NCBI GenBank assembly: GCA_964456595.1
Contig: CAYWCJ010000002.1
Location: forward strand, 1 to 32,959
Reading direction: 5' to 3'
Length of the DNA: 32,959 nucleotides
From: an uncultured Gemmatimonas sp.
GTDB taxonomy: Bacteria; Gemmatimonadota; Gemmatimonadetes; Gemmatimonadales; Gemmatimonadaceae
The stretch's first letter is position 1; every line of letters starts with the position of its first letter. The notes under the pieces are model-generated. The model was not told the DNA's origin. It did no database searches and saw only the letters and a program-made list of their open reading frames with translations. Below are positions 16,396 to 25,010 of the stretch, piece after piece. The translations under genes were made by a program, and so were the position numbers.

Positions 16396-18222
16396 GTGAC
16401 GGCCACTCCGCCGGACACGCTCGACACGGCAGCGACGCCCGAGCCGCTCGAGTATCCATCGCCACGCATCGTCGACTCACGTCGGTTGATGGGGCCGAAC
16501 ATCTACAGCGACGGCGAAGGCGCACTGCTCGAAGTGCGTGTGGCGCAGGATGAATCGCACCTGCTTGCGCAGCTGTACGCCGAGTGGGAGCACGCCGTTC
16601 ACCATCTGAACGGCGAGATGCAGTCGCCTACGATGGTGACGTCGATGCGCGCAGATCTGCCCGATGCAGGCGACCTGTGGATTGGCGCGTCGCTCTTCCT
16701 CGGGGTCGCGGCGGATGTGCTGATGACCGCCACGGAGCTGAGCGAACAGGCCTGGGTACGGGCCGAGCAGACCGTCGCGAGCGGCAGCGCACCGCCGAAC
16801 GACGATGTGATCTGCGAGCGACTGCGCGCGGCCGCCGCGGCAGAGCGCGCCTCGCGGCCTAACCTCACGATGCTGCGACGCATCGCCATTCAACGGCAGC
16901 GCACGGTCACCTTCGACGACGAGTTCCTGTCACTCGGCAGCGGTGAGGGCGCGCTGGTGTGGCCGCTGCCCGAGGCGCCCGATGCCGCATCGGTCGCGTG
17001 GGACACCGTGCGCGATGTGCCGATCGTGCTCGTGACCGGCTCGAATGGCAAGACGACCACCACGCGACTGGTGGCGGCGATGTGGCGCGCCGCTGGACGT
17101 GTTGCCGGTTGGTGCTGCAGCGACGGGGTGTGGGTGGGTGACGAGAAGCTGGACAGCGGCGACTTTTCGGGGCCGGCGGGCGCGCGCGCGGTGCTGCGTA
17201 ACGACCGCGTGCAGGCGGCCGTGCTCGAGACCGCACGTGGAGGAATTCTGCGCCGCGGACTGGCCGTGCATCGGGCGAACTCGGCGATCATCACCAATAT
17301 CGCCGCAGATCACTTCGGGGAGTACGGTGTGCGCACGCTGCACGATCTCGCCCGGGCCAAGGCCGTGGTGGCGCACGCCATCGACGACGACGGCCAGCTG
17401 GTGCTCAACGCCGACGACGGGACACTGACAGAGTTGGGCCTGTCGTTGACTGTTCCGTTGGCCTGGTTCTCGATGCACGCATTGAATTCGATTGTGCAGC
17501 AGCAGGTGCACCGTGGCGGCGACGCGGCCGTTGTGCGCGACGGCCGCATCGCACTGCACCTCGATGCCACCTGGCACGATCTCGGCGCCGTCACCGACAT
17601 GCCCCTCGCACTCGGCGGCGCCGCGCCGCACAACGTCGCCAACCTGCTGGGCGCGGCGCTGCTCGCCGCAGTCAGTCGTGTGCCTATCGACGCTATTCGC
17701 GAGACACTCGCCGCGTTTGGTGCCTCACCCAGCGACAATCCTGGCCGCCTGCAGGTGCAGCACTTTGGCGGACTGACGGTGTTGGTCGACTACGCACACA
17801 ATCCCGACGGGCTCGCCGCGCTATGCACCACTGCGCTCGCGTTCCCCGCCTCGCGTCGGCTGCTCATTCTCGGTCAGGCCGGCAATCGCGACGACACGCA
17901 GCTGCGCGCGCTCGTCGGTGCGGCACTCGACGCATCCAGTTTCGATCGCGTCATCATCAAAGAGATGGAGCGGATGCTGCGCGGTCGCGCCATCGGCGAG
18001 ATGCCACGGGTGTTTCGCGACGAACTCTCGCGGCGCGGTGTCCCCGATGTGTCGATAGAGGTGGCGCCGAGCGAGTTGGATGCGGTCCGCCGCGCATCTG
18101 CCTGGGCGCGCGACGGCGATGTGATCGTCTGCCCGGTGCACATCGAGAAACAGGCGGTGCTTGCGCTACTGGCTCGCATGCGTGAGACCGGCTGGACGCC
18201 AGGGATGCCGTTGCCGACCTAA
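16396..18222 (+). CDS. CphA-like Mur ligase family protein lacking the ATP-grasp domain
   Basis: GTG 2 nt after the cphA stop. N-terminal RRLMGPNIY is CphA N-domain-like. M-domain motifs TGSNGKTTT, ETARGG, NIAADH, LNADD, PGRL and DYAHNPDG are present; no ATP-grasp motifs. Confidence 0.85.
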   Translation: MTATPPDTLDTAATPEPLEYPSPRIVDSRRLMGPNIYSDGEGALLEVRVAQDESHLLAQLYAEWEHAVHHLNGEMQSPTMVTSMRADLPDAGDLWIGASLFLGVAADVLMTATELSEQAWVRAEQTVASGSAPPNDDVICERLRAAAAAERASRPNLTMLRRIAIQRQRTVTFDDEFLSLGSGEGALVWPLPEAPDAASVAWDTVRDVPIVLVTGSNGKTTTTRLVAAMWRAAGRVAGWCCSDGVWVGDEKLDSGDFSGPAGARAVLRNDRVQAAVLETARGGILRRGLAVHRANSAIITNIAADHFGEYGVRTLHDLARAKAVVAHAIDDDGQLVLNADDGTLTELGLSLTVPLAWFSMHALNSIVQQQVHRGGDAAVVRDGRIALHLDATWHDLGAVTDMPLALGGAAPHNVANLLGAALLAAVSRVPIDAIRETLAAFGASPSDNPGRLQVQHFGGLTVLVDYAHNPDGLAALCTTALAFPASRRLLILGQAGNRDDTQLRALVGAALDASSFDRVIIKEMERMLRGRAIGEMPRVFRDELSRRGVPDVSIEVAPSELDAVRRASAWARDGDVIVCPVHIEKQAVLALLARMRETGWTPGMPLPT

Positions 18223-18293
18223 CGCAACGGTGCAGGTCGGCGCCGTCGGCCATGGTGGCGCCTGTACGACACATGCTACACAATGCACATCGG

Positions 18294-20846
18294 TTACCGA
18301 CTGCCGAAATACACCACGTTCGTGGCCTCCGAGCGCGCGACGACGATATCGAGTTGGCCGTCCTTGTCGAGATCGCCCAACGCAAAGCCATAGGCCATGC
18401 CGCTGGTGTCGCCGAACGGCACCGGCGTGAAGCGACCCGGCGTATCGTTGAAGAACACGATGGGACGACTGCCACCGTAGCCCACGATCACGTCTGGGCG
18501 ACCGTTGCGGTCGACATCGTGCACCGCCAGCGCGTACGGACGTGCGCCCGCGGGCCCCAGTGACTCGGGCGCGCCAAAGGCACCGCCTGGCAAGCCGCGG
18601 AGAGTGGCCGCACTGCCCATCTCGTCGATCACCGCCAAATCCATGATCCCGTCGCCATCGAAATCGGCCGCATACGCGCTGCGAATGGTGGCGTTCGCGG
18701 GCCCGAAGGGTCGACGCGACGGGAACGCACCGCGTCCATCGTTGATGTACACGTACCCCTGCCCGCCGTCGCGGTGGGGCACCACGAGATCGAGCGCGCC
18801 GTCGCCGCTCACGTCGGCCATCGTGATGGTGGTGGCCGATCCGATCGACACCTCGCGACACGGTTCGGAAACGCGTCCGCCGCCGGTGCCGAGGCACAGA
18901 TGGCTCGCGGTCGCCTGCCGACCGCCGCGGTTGGCCAGCACCACGTCGGGGATGCCGTCGCCGTTCACATCCCCCACGGCAACATGACGTGTGTTCCACT
19001 CGGGCTTGCCGAACGTCGTGACGAGCGAATACCGACCCTTGCCGTCGTTGCGGTACACCTTCTTCGCGTCGGGAGAGTCGTTGCTGACCACCAGGTCCAG
19101 CGCGCCGTCGCCATCCAGATCCACCAGTACGCCGGAATATGATCGGTCCGCCGCCGTGTCCACCGGAACCGCCGGCTGGAAGGTGCCCGTGCCGGTGCCT
19201 AGCAACACGAGGTTGCGCAGCGGCCAGTGACGCCCCTTCACCAGCACGATGTCGAGGTTCCCGTCGCGGTTCACATCACCCACGCTCGCATTGGCCGACG
19301 TGAATCCGGAATCTTCGAGGGCGAGTGCGCGATCGAACCGTCGCGCGCCGAGTGATTGAACCGGCAACGGCGGGGTTGGCGACGTACCCGTTGGCGACGC
19401 GCCCATCGGCGACCCACCGCTCGGTGATGCCCCGCTCGGCGACGGTTCACGCGACCGACGCGCGCTGCACTTGATTTCCACGAGTGCCGCGGGCCTCGGC
19501 ATCGCAGTCACCGACAGGGTGGCGCGAGCCGGCGGATCGATCGGGAAAAACTTGATGTACTCCGCGTTCATCGCCGCGTAGTCCGCCATGTCCTTCAGGA
19601 ATACGGTGCACTCGGCGACGTCCAACATCGTGGCGCCACCGGACTGCAGCGCGACGCGGATATTCTCCATTGTCTGTCGTGTCTGCGCAGCAACGCCGCC
19701 GTCCACGATCTCCTGCGTGCCAGGTCTGACACCGGTCATCCCGGACACGAACACCCAATCGCGATCGCGGATGGCGACCGAGTAGGCCGGCACCAGCGGC
19801 TTGAGGCCGGGTGGATTGATCACCTCGCGACCGCCAGTTGCACCCGACGCCGATGCCGTGGATAGCGCAGTGCGCGCCGGCACGACAAGGGGCGTGAACC
19901 ATGTGGGTGTGAATGTCCTGCTGCCCGGTGACGCTTTTCGTACCTCCTCGAGAAAACGCGCCCGGTCGGCCAGCGCGGCGGCGTTGGGATTCGGATCACC
20001 GTAGCCATCCGCGTGGCTCGGGATCACCAAGGCCGGATAGCCCAGTGTGCGCAGCAGACGTTCGGTGAAGTTGTAGATCTCCAATCGCTGACTGTTCGCG
20101 CCGACGAGCGCGACGTCGGGCCGCAGTCCTTCCATCTCCCGCTCGATGTAGTTCATCGAGCCCATGATCAGGACTTCATGGCCGCCCATCCGCAGCAGGT
20201 AGGCAAAGCTGCCGCCCTCCTGGTAGTCTCGGCGGCGGAGCGGCGCCTTGAGACCGCGTGGCGCGGTGCCGGCAATATCGCGCCCGTTGTTGAAGTAGCG
20301 CTTGTCGTCCAGCGCACTGTGGATGCTGGGCACCACGCGCACCGACACGTCGTCGAAGTCGTAGTCTTCCCCACCGCGCACGGTGATGATCTGTTGCTCG
20401 GGCACCGCGTACGCGCGTGCCAGGTTGGCCGCAGTCTCATGTCCGATGACAACCGCGCCGGTGCGCTTGGCGATGTATCCCGCATCAAGCGCGTGGTCGG
20501 AATGTCCGTGCGTAATGAGGATGTAGTCCGCTCGACTGACGTGCTTGTTGATGAGCGCGGTATCTGGCCCGTAGGGCGCCTCGGGCGCCGGTCCCGCGTT
20601 GTTGGCGCCCGGCAGCCAGCGAGCGAACTGCGTCAGGAACGGATCGACCAGCACCACCCGGCGACCATCGGTGATTTCCCATCCGGCGTTGCCGAGGTAG
20701 GTCAGGCGGAGTTCGCCGGCCGCGAGTGGCGCGGCGACGATCGGTACTGCGTTTGCCGTCGGTCGCGAAACTGGTTGTTGCGCACCGGCTGCGGTGGAGG
20801 AACAGAACGCACCAAAGACCGCCAGGATCACTCGGCGAACTGACAT
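18294..20846 (-). CDS. Secreted fusion protein: MBL-fold metallohydrolase + RidA/YjgF + FG-GAP/VCBS repeats
   Basis: Signal peptide; THGHSDH; VFVSG...VFLKDMADYAAMN...PPARA...LVEIKC; repeated GDVNxDGxxD(I/L/V)V units. One continuous ORF. Confidence 0.85.
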   Translation of the reverse strand: MSVRRVILAVFGAFCSSTAAGAQQPVSRPTANAVPIVAAPLAAGELRLTYLGNAGWEITDGRRVVLVDPFLTQFARWLPGANNAGPAPEAPYGPDTALINKHVSRADYILITHGHSDHALDAGYIAKRTGAVVIGHETAANLARAYAVPEQQIITVRGGEDYDFDDVSVRVVPSIHSALDDKRYFNNGRDIAGTAPRGLKAPLRRRDYQEGGSFAYLLRMGGHEVLIMGSMNYIEREMEGLRPDVALVGANSQRLEIYNFTERLLRTLGYPALVIPSHADGYGDPNPNAAALADRARFLEEVRKASPGSRTFTPTWFTPLVVPARTALSTASASGATGGREVINPPGLKPLVPAYSVAIRDRDWVFVSGMTGVRPGTQEIVDGGVAAQTRQTMENIRVALQSGGATMLDVAECTVFLKDMADYAAMNAEYIKFFPIDPPARATLSVTAMPRPAALVEIKCSARRSREPSPSGASPSGGSPMGASPTGTSPTPPLPVQSLGARRFDRALALEDSGFTSANASVGDVNRDGNLDIVLVKGRHWPLRNLVLLGTGTGTFQPAVPVDTAADRSYSGVLVDLDGDGALDLVVSNDSPDAKKVYRNDGKGRYSLVTTFGKPEWNTRHVAVGDVNGDGIPDVVLANRGGRQATASHLCLGTGGGRVSEPCREVSIGSATTITMADVSGDGALDLVVPHRDGGQGYVYINDGRGAFPSRRPFGPANATIRSAYAADFDGDGIMDLAVIDEMGSAATLRGLPGGAFGAPESLGPAGARPYALAVHDVDRNGRPDVIVGYGGSRPIVFFNDTPGRFTPVPFGDTSGMAYGFALGDLDKDGQLDIVVARSEATNVVYFGSR
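19375..19443. repeat. Degenerate 15-bp tandem repeat encoding a (SPxGx)n linker
   Basis: gttggcgacgtaccc gttggcgacgcgccc atcggcgacccaccg ctcggtgatgccccg ctcggcgac. Confidence 0.7.
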
Positions 20847-20924
20847 GAAGGACTCGAAGGAGAGAAATCTCACGGTGCCGACCACCCGGCGAAACTTCCC
20901 GCCGCGCGCGACCACGTGCGAGCC

Positions 20925-21281
20925 CTACACCGTCGTCCGCGCCCACGGAATGATGTCCAGCCGCGCGAACGGAATCTTCTCGCCCGTGTTCTCGTCGATG
21001 CCGAAGGTCTCGGGCGACGTCGTGATCCGCTCCAGCGCCGCATCGATTTCCGCGATCTCCGCCGACCGGCGCGTGGCAATCGACGCCTCCAACTCCTCGG
21101 TTGCGACATCGGTACCCAAGTCGGCGGCGTGCGTCGGAAACTTCGAAATGTCTCCCGCCTGATCCTGACTGTCCTCGGCCGCTTCGGCGCCCGTGAACTC
21201 ATGAAGCTGACCGACGATACGCGCCCGCTCCTCGTGGAGGCGGGCTTCGATCTGCTGCAACTGCTTGGGAGTCATAGACAT
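20925..21281 (-). CDS. TraR/DksA-family (YteA-like) regulator without zinc-finger cysteines
   Basis: Coiled coil with THAADLGTD; EIDAALERI; FGIDENTGEKIPFARLDIIPWA. Confidence 0.85.
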   Translation of the reverse strand: MSMTPKQLQQIEARLHEERARIVGQLHEFTGAEAAEDSQDQAGDISKFPTHAADLGTDVATEELEASIATRRSAEIAEIDAALERITTSPETFGIDENTGEKIPFARLDIIPWARTTV

Positions 21282-21368
21282 AGAAGAGCTCGGCTAAATG
21301 GAACTGCCACCGCATCACGCAATCTCGGGATTGTCGGCGTACCCCGCCAGCGGCGCTCCGGTCCTCTC

Positions 21369-21398
21369 TTGACTTCTAGCTGTACTAGTGCACATAGT
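21369..21398 (+). promoter_or_regulatory. Sigma70-type promoter of the GntR-ABC operon
   Basis: TTGACT (21369-74), an 18-nt spacer, then CATAGT (21393-98); the ATG follows after 5 nt. Confidence 0.6.
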
Positions 21399-21401
21399 AC
21401 A
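21381..21401. promoter_or_regulatory. YtrA-type GntR operator palindrome
   Basis: TGTACTA-N7-TAGTACA with perfect arms, overlapping the -10. It has the TGTA...TACA form known for YtrA-subfamily sites. Confidence 0.8.
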
Positions 21402-21403
21402 CC

Positions 21404-21835
21404 ATGCTCCCGTTCGCGGTCACCCTGAAAGCAGGCGAGTCGCCATTCCGGCAAGTGGTATACGCCGCCACCAAGGCGGTCGTCTCCGGCGAACTGGCTG
21501 AGGGAAGCGCGTTTCCGTCGGTTCGCGAGCTGAGCCAGGCGCTCAAGATCAATCCGAATACGGCGCACAAGATCGTCGCCGAACTCGCCCGAGACGGCGT
21601 GCTCGACGTCCTGCCTGGGCTTGGCACCGTCGTCGCCACGCGCCGCACCGCGACCGCCGTCGAACGCGCGGCGCTCTTGTCGCGCGAGGTCGAGCAGGTG
21701 GTGGTCGAGGCCATGCGCCTCGGACTGACCGAAAGCGATGTCCAGCAGGCCGTCGCGGACCGGTGGAGCGAACTCTCCACGCCCATCCGCGGCACCGTCG
21801 TCGATTCGTCTTCTCTCACCGGAACGCACGCATGA
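21404..21835 (+). CDS. GntR family regulator, YtrA subfamily
   Basis: FPSVRELSQALKINPNTAHK wHTH with a short C-terminus, followed by an ABC ATPase. Confidence 0.92.
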   Translation: MLPFAVTLKAGESPFRQVVYAATKAVVSGELAEGSAFPSVRELSQALKINPNTAHKIVAELARDGVLDVLPGLGTVVATRRTATAVERAALLSREVEQVVVEAMRLGLTESDVQQAVADRWSELSTPIRGTVVDSSSLTGTHA

Positions 21836-22776
21836 TGCACGATCCGCTGCAGGCCGCCACTCCTGCCTTGGCGGTGCAGGGGCTTTCCTATCGCTTCGGC
21901 CGCACGACGGTGCTCGACGGCCTCGAGCTCGAGATTCCACAGGGCGCGTTGTACGCCCTGCTCGGCGCCAACGGGGCAGGCAAGACGACGCTGCTGCAGC
22001 TGTTGATCGGCGCTCGTCCGTTGCAGCAAGGCGCCGTGCGGCTCTTTGGCACAGAGCGGAGCCGGCTCTCGCCCGCGCAGCGCCAGCAAATCACGTACGT
22101 GGCCGAAGGGCAGGAGCTCCCGGCGTGGATGCGCTTGTCGCAACTGGAAGCGTTCTGCGCACCGCTCTACCCCACCTGGGATCACGCGCTGGCGCTGACG
22201 CTGCGCGCACGTTTCGAACTCGATCCGCAACAGATGGTGGGGGCGATGTCACGTGGACAACGCATGAAGGCGGCGCTGCTCTGCGCGCTCGCGCCCAAGC
22301 CACGTCTGCTGATCATGGATGAGCCGCTCACCGGCATGGACGCCGCGGTCAAGGATGATCTCGTGCGCGGACTGCTCGATGCGGCGAGTCTCGAGGGCGC
22401 CACGGTGCTACTCTGCTCGCACGACATCGCCGAGATCGAACCGCTGGCCGATTGGGTGGGCATCCTCGATGGTGGACGCATGCGCGTGTCCATGCCGATC
22501 GATGAACTGCGTGCACGCTACAAGCGCATCGAGATGGTCACGGAAGCGACCATGCAAATGCCCGAACCGTTTCCGGCGAACTGGGTGTCGGTGGAACGTG
22601 CCGGGCTGCGACTGAGTGTGCTGATGGAGCAGACGGGTGTTGTGCGCGAACTTCCGGCGCCGTTTCGCGGCGCCGCGCGCATCGACGTGCGCGACGCGTC
22701 TCTCAAAGAGCTCTACATCGCATTGGCTGGAAGCTCGCGGACGCACGCGCATTCGACCACGGAGGTGGGCGCATGA
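21832..22776 (+). CDS. ABC transporter ATP-binding protein (YtrB-like)
   Basis: GANGAGKTT, MSRGQ, LLIMDEP and CSH motifs; ATGA overlap with the GntR stop. Confidence 0.93.
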   Translation: MMHDPLQAATPALAVQGLSYRFGRTTVLDGLELEIPQGALYALLGANGAGKTTLLQLLIGARPLQQGAVRLFGTERSRLSPAQRQQITYVAEGQELPAWMRLSQLEAFCAPLYPTWDHALALTLRARFELDPQQMVGAMSRGQRMKAALLCALAPKPRLLIMDEPLTGMDAAVKDDLVRGLLDAASLEGATVLLCSHDIAEIEPLADWVGILDGGRMRVSMPIDELRARYKRIEMVTEATMQMPEPFPANWVSVERAGLRLSVLMEQTGVVRELPAPFRGAARIDVRDASLKELYIALAGSSRTHAHSTTEVGA

Positions 22777-24260
22777 CGACGATGGGGCAGGTGTGGCATC
22801 TGGCGAAAAGGGACGTTTCGCAGTTGCGCTGGTGGTTGCTTGGCTACTTGGTGCTGTCGATGGCAACAACGCTCACCGCGATGCAGATCGTGGAGAACGA
22901 GTGGCAGGGCGGGACGACGCTGTTCGCGCCGGTGCTCTGGCTGTTGGGCGGTGTGATTGCGGCGCTGATGGTGCAGTCCGATGCGCCTGCAAATCCGCGT
23001 GCATTCTGGGCCAGTCAGCCGATTGACTCGCGCGCCGTGCTCATGGCCAAACTGTCGCTGGCCGTGGTGTCGCTGGCGTTGCCGCCGCTGATCGGAGAAC
23101 TCCTGGCGTTGCGCTACTTCGGCGTCACCGGTGCCGAGTTCCGTTTGCTCATGCTGCGCTCGCTGTGGCTCTACAGCGGGTGGTTGCTGATTGCCATGCT
23201 GGTCGCCGCGCTCACGAGGCGGTTCGCCGGTTTCGTGGCGACGATCATTGCGGTCCCCGTTGCGTTCGCAATCGTTGGCATCACGCTGAACCAATCGCCA
23301 TGGCAGTTGGGTACGGCGTGGATTCCGCGCGCACCTCTCCAACTGCTGGCGACGGCGGGCTCCGTTGCCCTGCTCACGATGGTCTACCGGCAGCGCCGCG
23401 CGGGACGCCCGATGCTCGGCGCTACGGCGGTTGTGATCGCAGCGGGTCTGCTGGCGGTGACACGACCGGCAGCGCGTGCAGCGCGACCGTCGTTGGACGC
23501 CGCGACTGCGCCGAGCATCGAGCTTGCGGTTGTTTCATTCGATGCGGAACGTCTGGTGCGGAGTCGAGAGCTCTTCGTACAGATCGCGGCGAGGGGTATG
23601 CGCGAACCCTACCGCTATGCTTTCCTCGCGGATTCGGCAGCGGCAACCTGGACCGACGGCGCGACCACGCCGTTGTGGGCACCGCTGTTCATGAGTGACG
23701 TGCCAAAGCTTTTCGGCGGTCGGGGAGCGGGCTCGGACATCGGCACGGTTGTCGTCATGCTGCCGCGGAGTTCGCCGGAGAAGCGCCGCACCGGGACGAT
23801 CACGTCCTTTCGCGTCTTCGGCGCCGTGGAGACGTTGACATCGGAGCATGTGCTTACGCTCTCGCCAACCGGACGTGCCGATCAACGTGACGGCGATATG
23901 CGTCTGCGCGTAACCGGCGGCCAAGCGGATCGTGTCAATGTGTCGTTGCAGATGACGACGGTCTTTCGTGCCGGTGTGGATGTGCGCGACAGCTTTGCAC
24001 TGCGGCGGCGCTATACGACGCAGCTGGTGTGGCCGAATCGTGCCGACACAGTACAGGTCGCGATGGGTAGCGTCACCGACGAGGAGCGCATGCTGGTGCT
24101 GCCGGGAGCGAGCGTGCATCGCATCAGCATGCGCACAAACGGCGACGGGCCCTCAACGCGCGACTCCCTCCCGGCGCCGTTGGCTGAGGCGTCGCTCGAG
24201 CTGGTTCGATGGAAGTCAATTGCCCGACGGGCAATCGTCGTCACGCGCACGGTGCCGTGA
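22773..24260 (+). CDS. ABC-2-type permease-like membrane protein with C-terminal soluble domain
   Basis: WHLAKRD start, FWASQPI...LMAKL and multiple TM segments; ATGA overlap with the ATPase. Confidence 0.7.
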   Translation: MTTMGQVWHLAKRDVSQLRWWLLGYLVLSMATTLTAMQIVENEWQGGTTLFAPVLWLLGGVIAALMVQSDAPANPRAFWASQPIDSRAVLMAKLSLAVVSLALPPLIGELLALRYFGVTGAEFRLLMLRSLWLYSGWLLIAMLVAALTRRFAGFVATIIAVPVAFAIVGITLNQSPWQLGTAWIPRAPLQLLATAGSVALLTMVYRQRRAGRPMLGATAVVIAAGLLAVTRPAARAARPSLDAATAPSIELAVVSFDAERLVRSRELFVQIAARGMREPYRYAFLADSAAATWTDGATTPLWAPLFMSDVPKLFGGRGAGSDIGTVVVMLPRSSPEKRRTGTITSFRVFGAVETLTSEHVLTLSPTGRADQRDGDMRLRVTGGQADRVNVSLQMTTVFRAGVDVRDSFALRRRYTTQLVWPNRADTVQVAMGSVTDEERMLVLPGASVHRISMRTNGDGPSTRDSLPAPLAEASLELVRWKSIARRAIVVTRTVP

Positions 24261-24308
24261 ACGTCCGCCGTCGTGTATCGCGCCGCGTTGCGCGGTACAC
24301 TTCTCCGG

Positions 24309-25007
24309 ATGAAAGTCTGCACAAACGGAGACAGCCCCTCTCGACATGCATGCCTCACATTCGGCTTCCTGGTCGCCGGTTGTATCGCGGCGTGGTCGGG
24401 TGTCGGCGCACAGGCTACTCCGGTCGCATCCGCACCGTCGTCGTTCTGTTTTCGCGGACGGCCAGCGCCGAGATGCACGACCTTCATGATCACCGAGGTG
24501 GGCGTCTACCAGCGCGTCGTCGGCTCTGCCACGCGCGTCGTGCTCCTCGGATTCGAGGGCGGTGCGCCGTTCGAATACGTGACCAACGACATGGGCAACC
24601 AGCTCACCTTCGAGGTTGGCGCCATGCGAAACCGCTCTGCGACGACCGCGATCGGTGCCACAGCGATGGCGAGCTTCGGAACGGGTGGCTCCCTCGCGGT
24701 GAAGGGGCGCTACCGTCGCTGGCTGTCGACTCCGGGGCTTTCCCTCGATCTCGGCGCGGGCCCGGCGCTGATCGGGCGCGCCTACTCGCGCACCGGTGCG
24801 AATACACCGGGGCTCACCGCCGATGTCGCGCTCACCGCGCGTGATTTCGGTGCCGTGGTGGCGCGCGTCGATCTGCAACGCACGGATGGCAAGACAGCAT
24901 CCGCGTTGTACGGTGGTGTGCGCCTCGGCTCGCAGCCGGCGCTGGTAGCATCGGGTGTGTTGGCGGTCGGGTTCGTGCTCATCCTGCAGGCACTCAGAGA
25001 ATACTAG
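24309..25007 (+). CDS. Hypothetical exported protein with C-terminal hydrophobic tail
   Basis: Signal-like N-terminus, beta-strand-like alternating patterns and a C-terminal TM segment. Start uncertain. Confidence 0.6.
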   Translation: MKVCTNGDSPSRHACLTFGFLVAGCIAAWSGVGAQATPVASAPSSFCFRGRPAPRCTTFMITEVGVYQRVVGSATRVVLLGFEGGAPFEYVTNDMGNQLTFEVGAMRNRSATTAIGATAMASFGTGGSLAVKGRYRRWLSTPGLSLDLGAGPALIGRAYSRTGANTPGLTADVALTARDFGAVVARVDLQRTDGKTASALYGGVRLGSQPALVASGVLAVGFVLILQALREY

Positions 25008-25010
25008 TTC

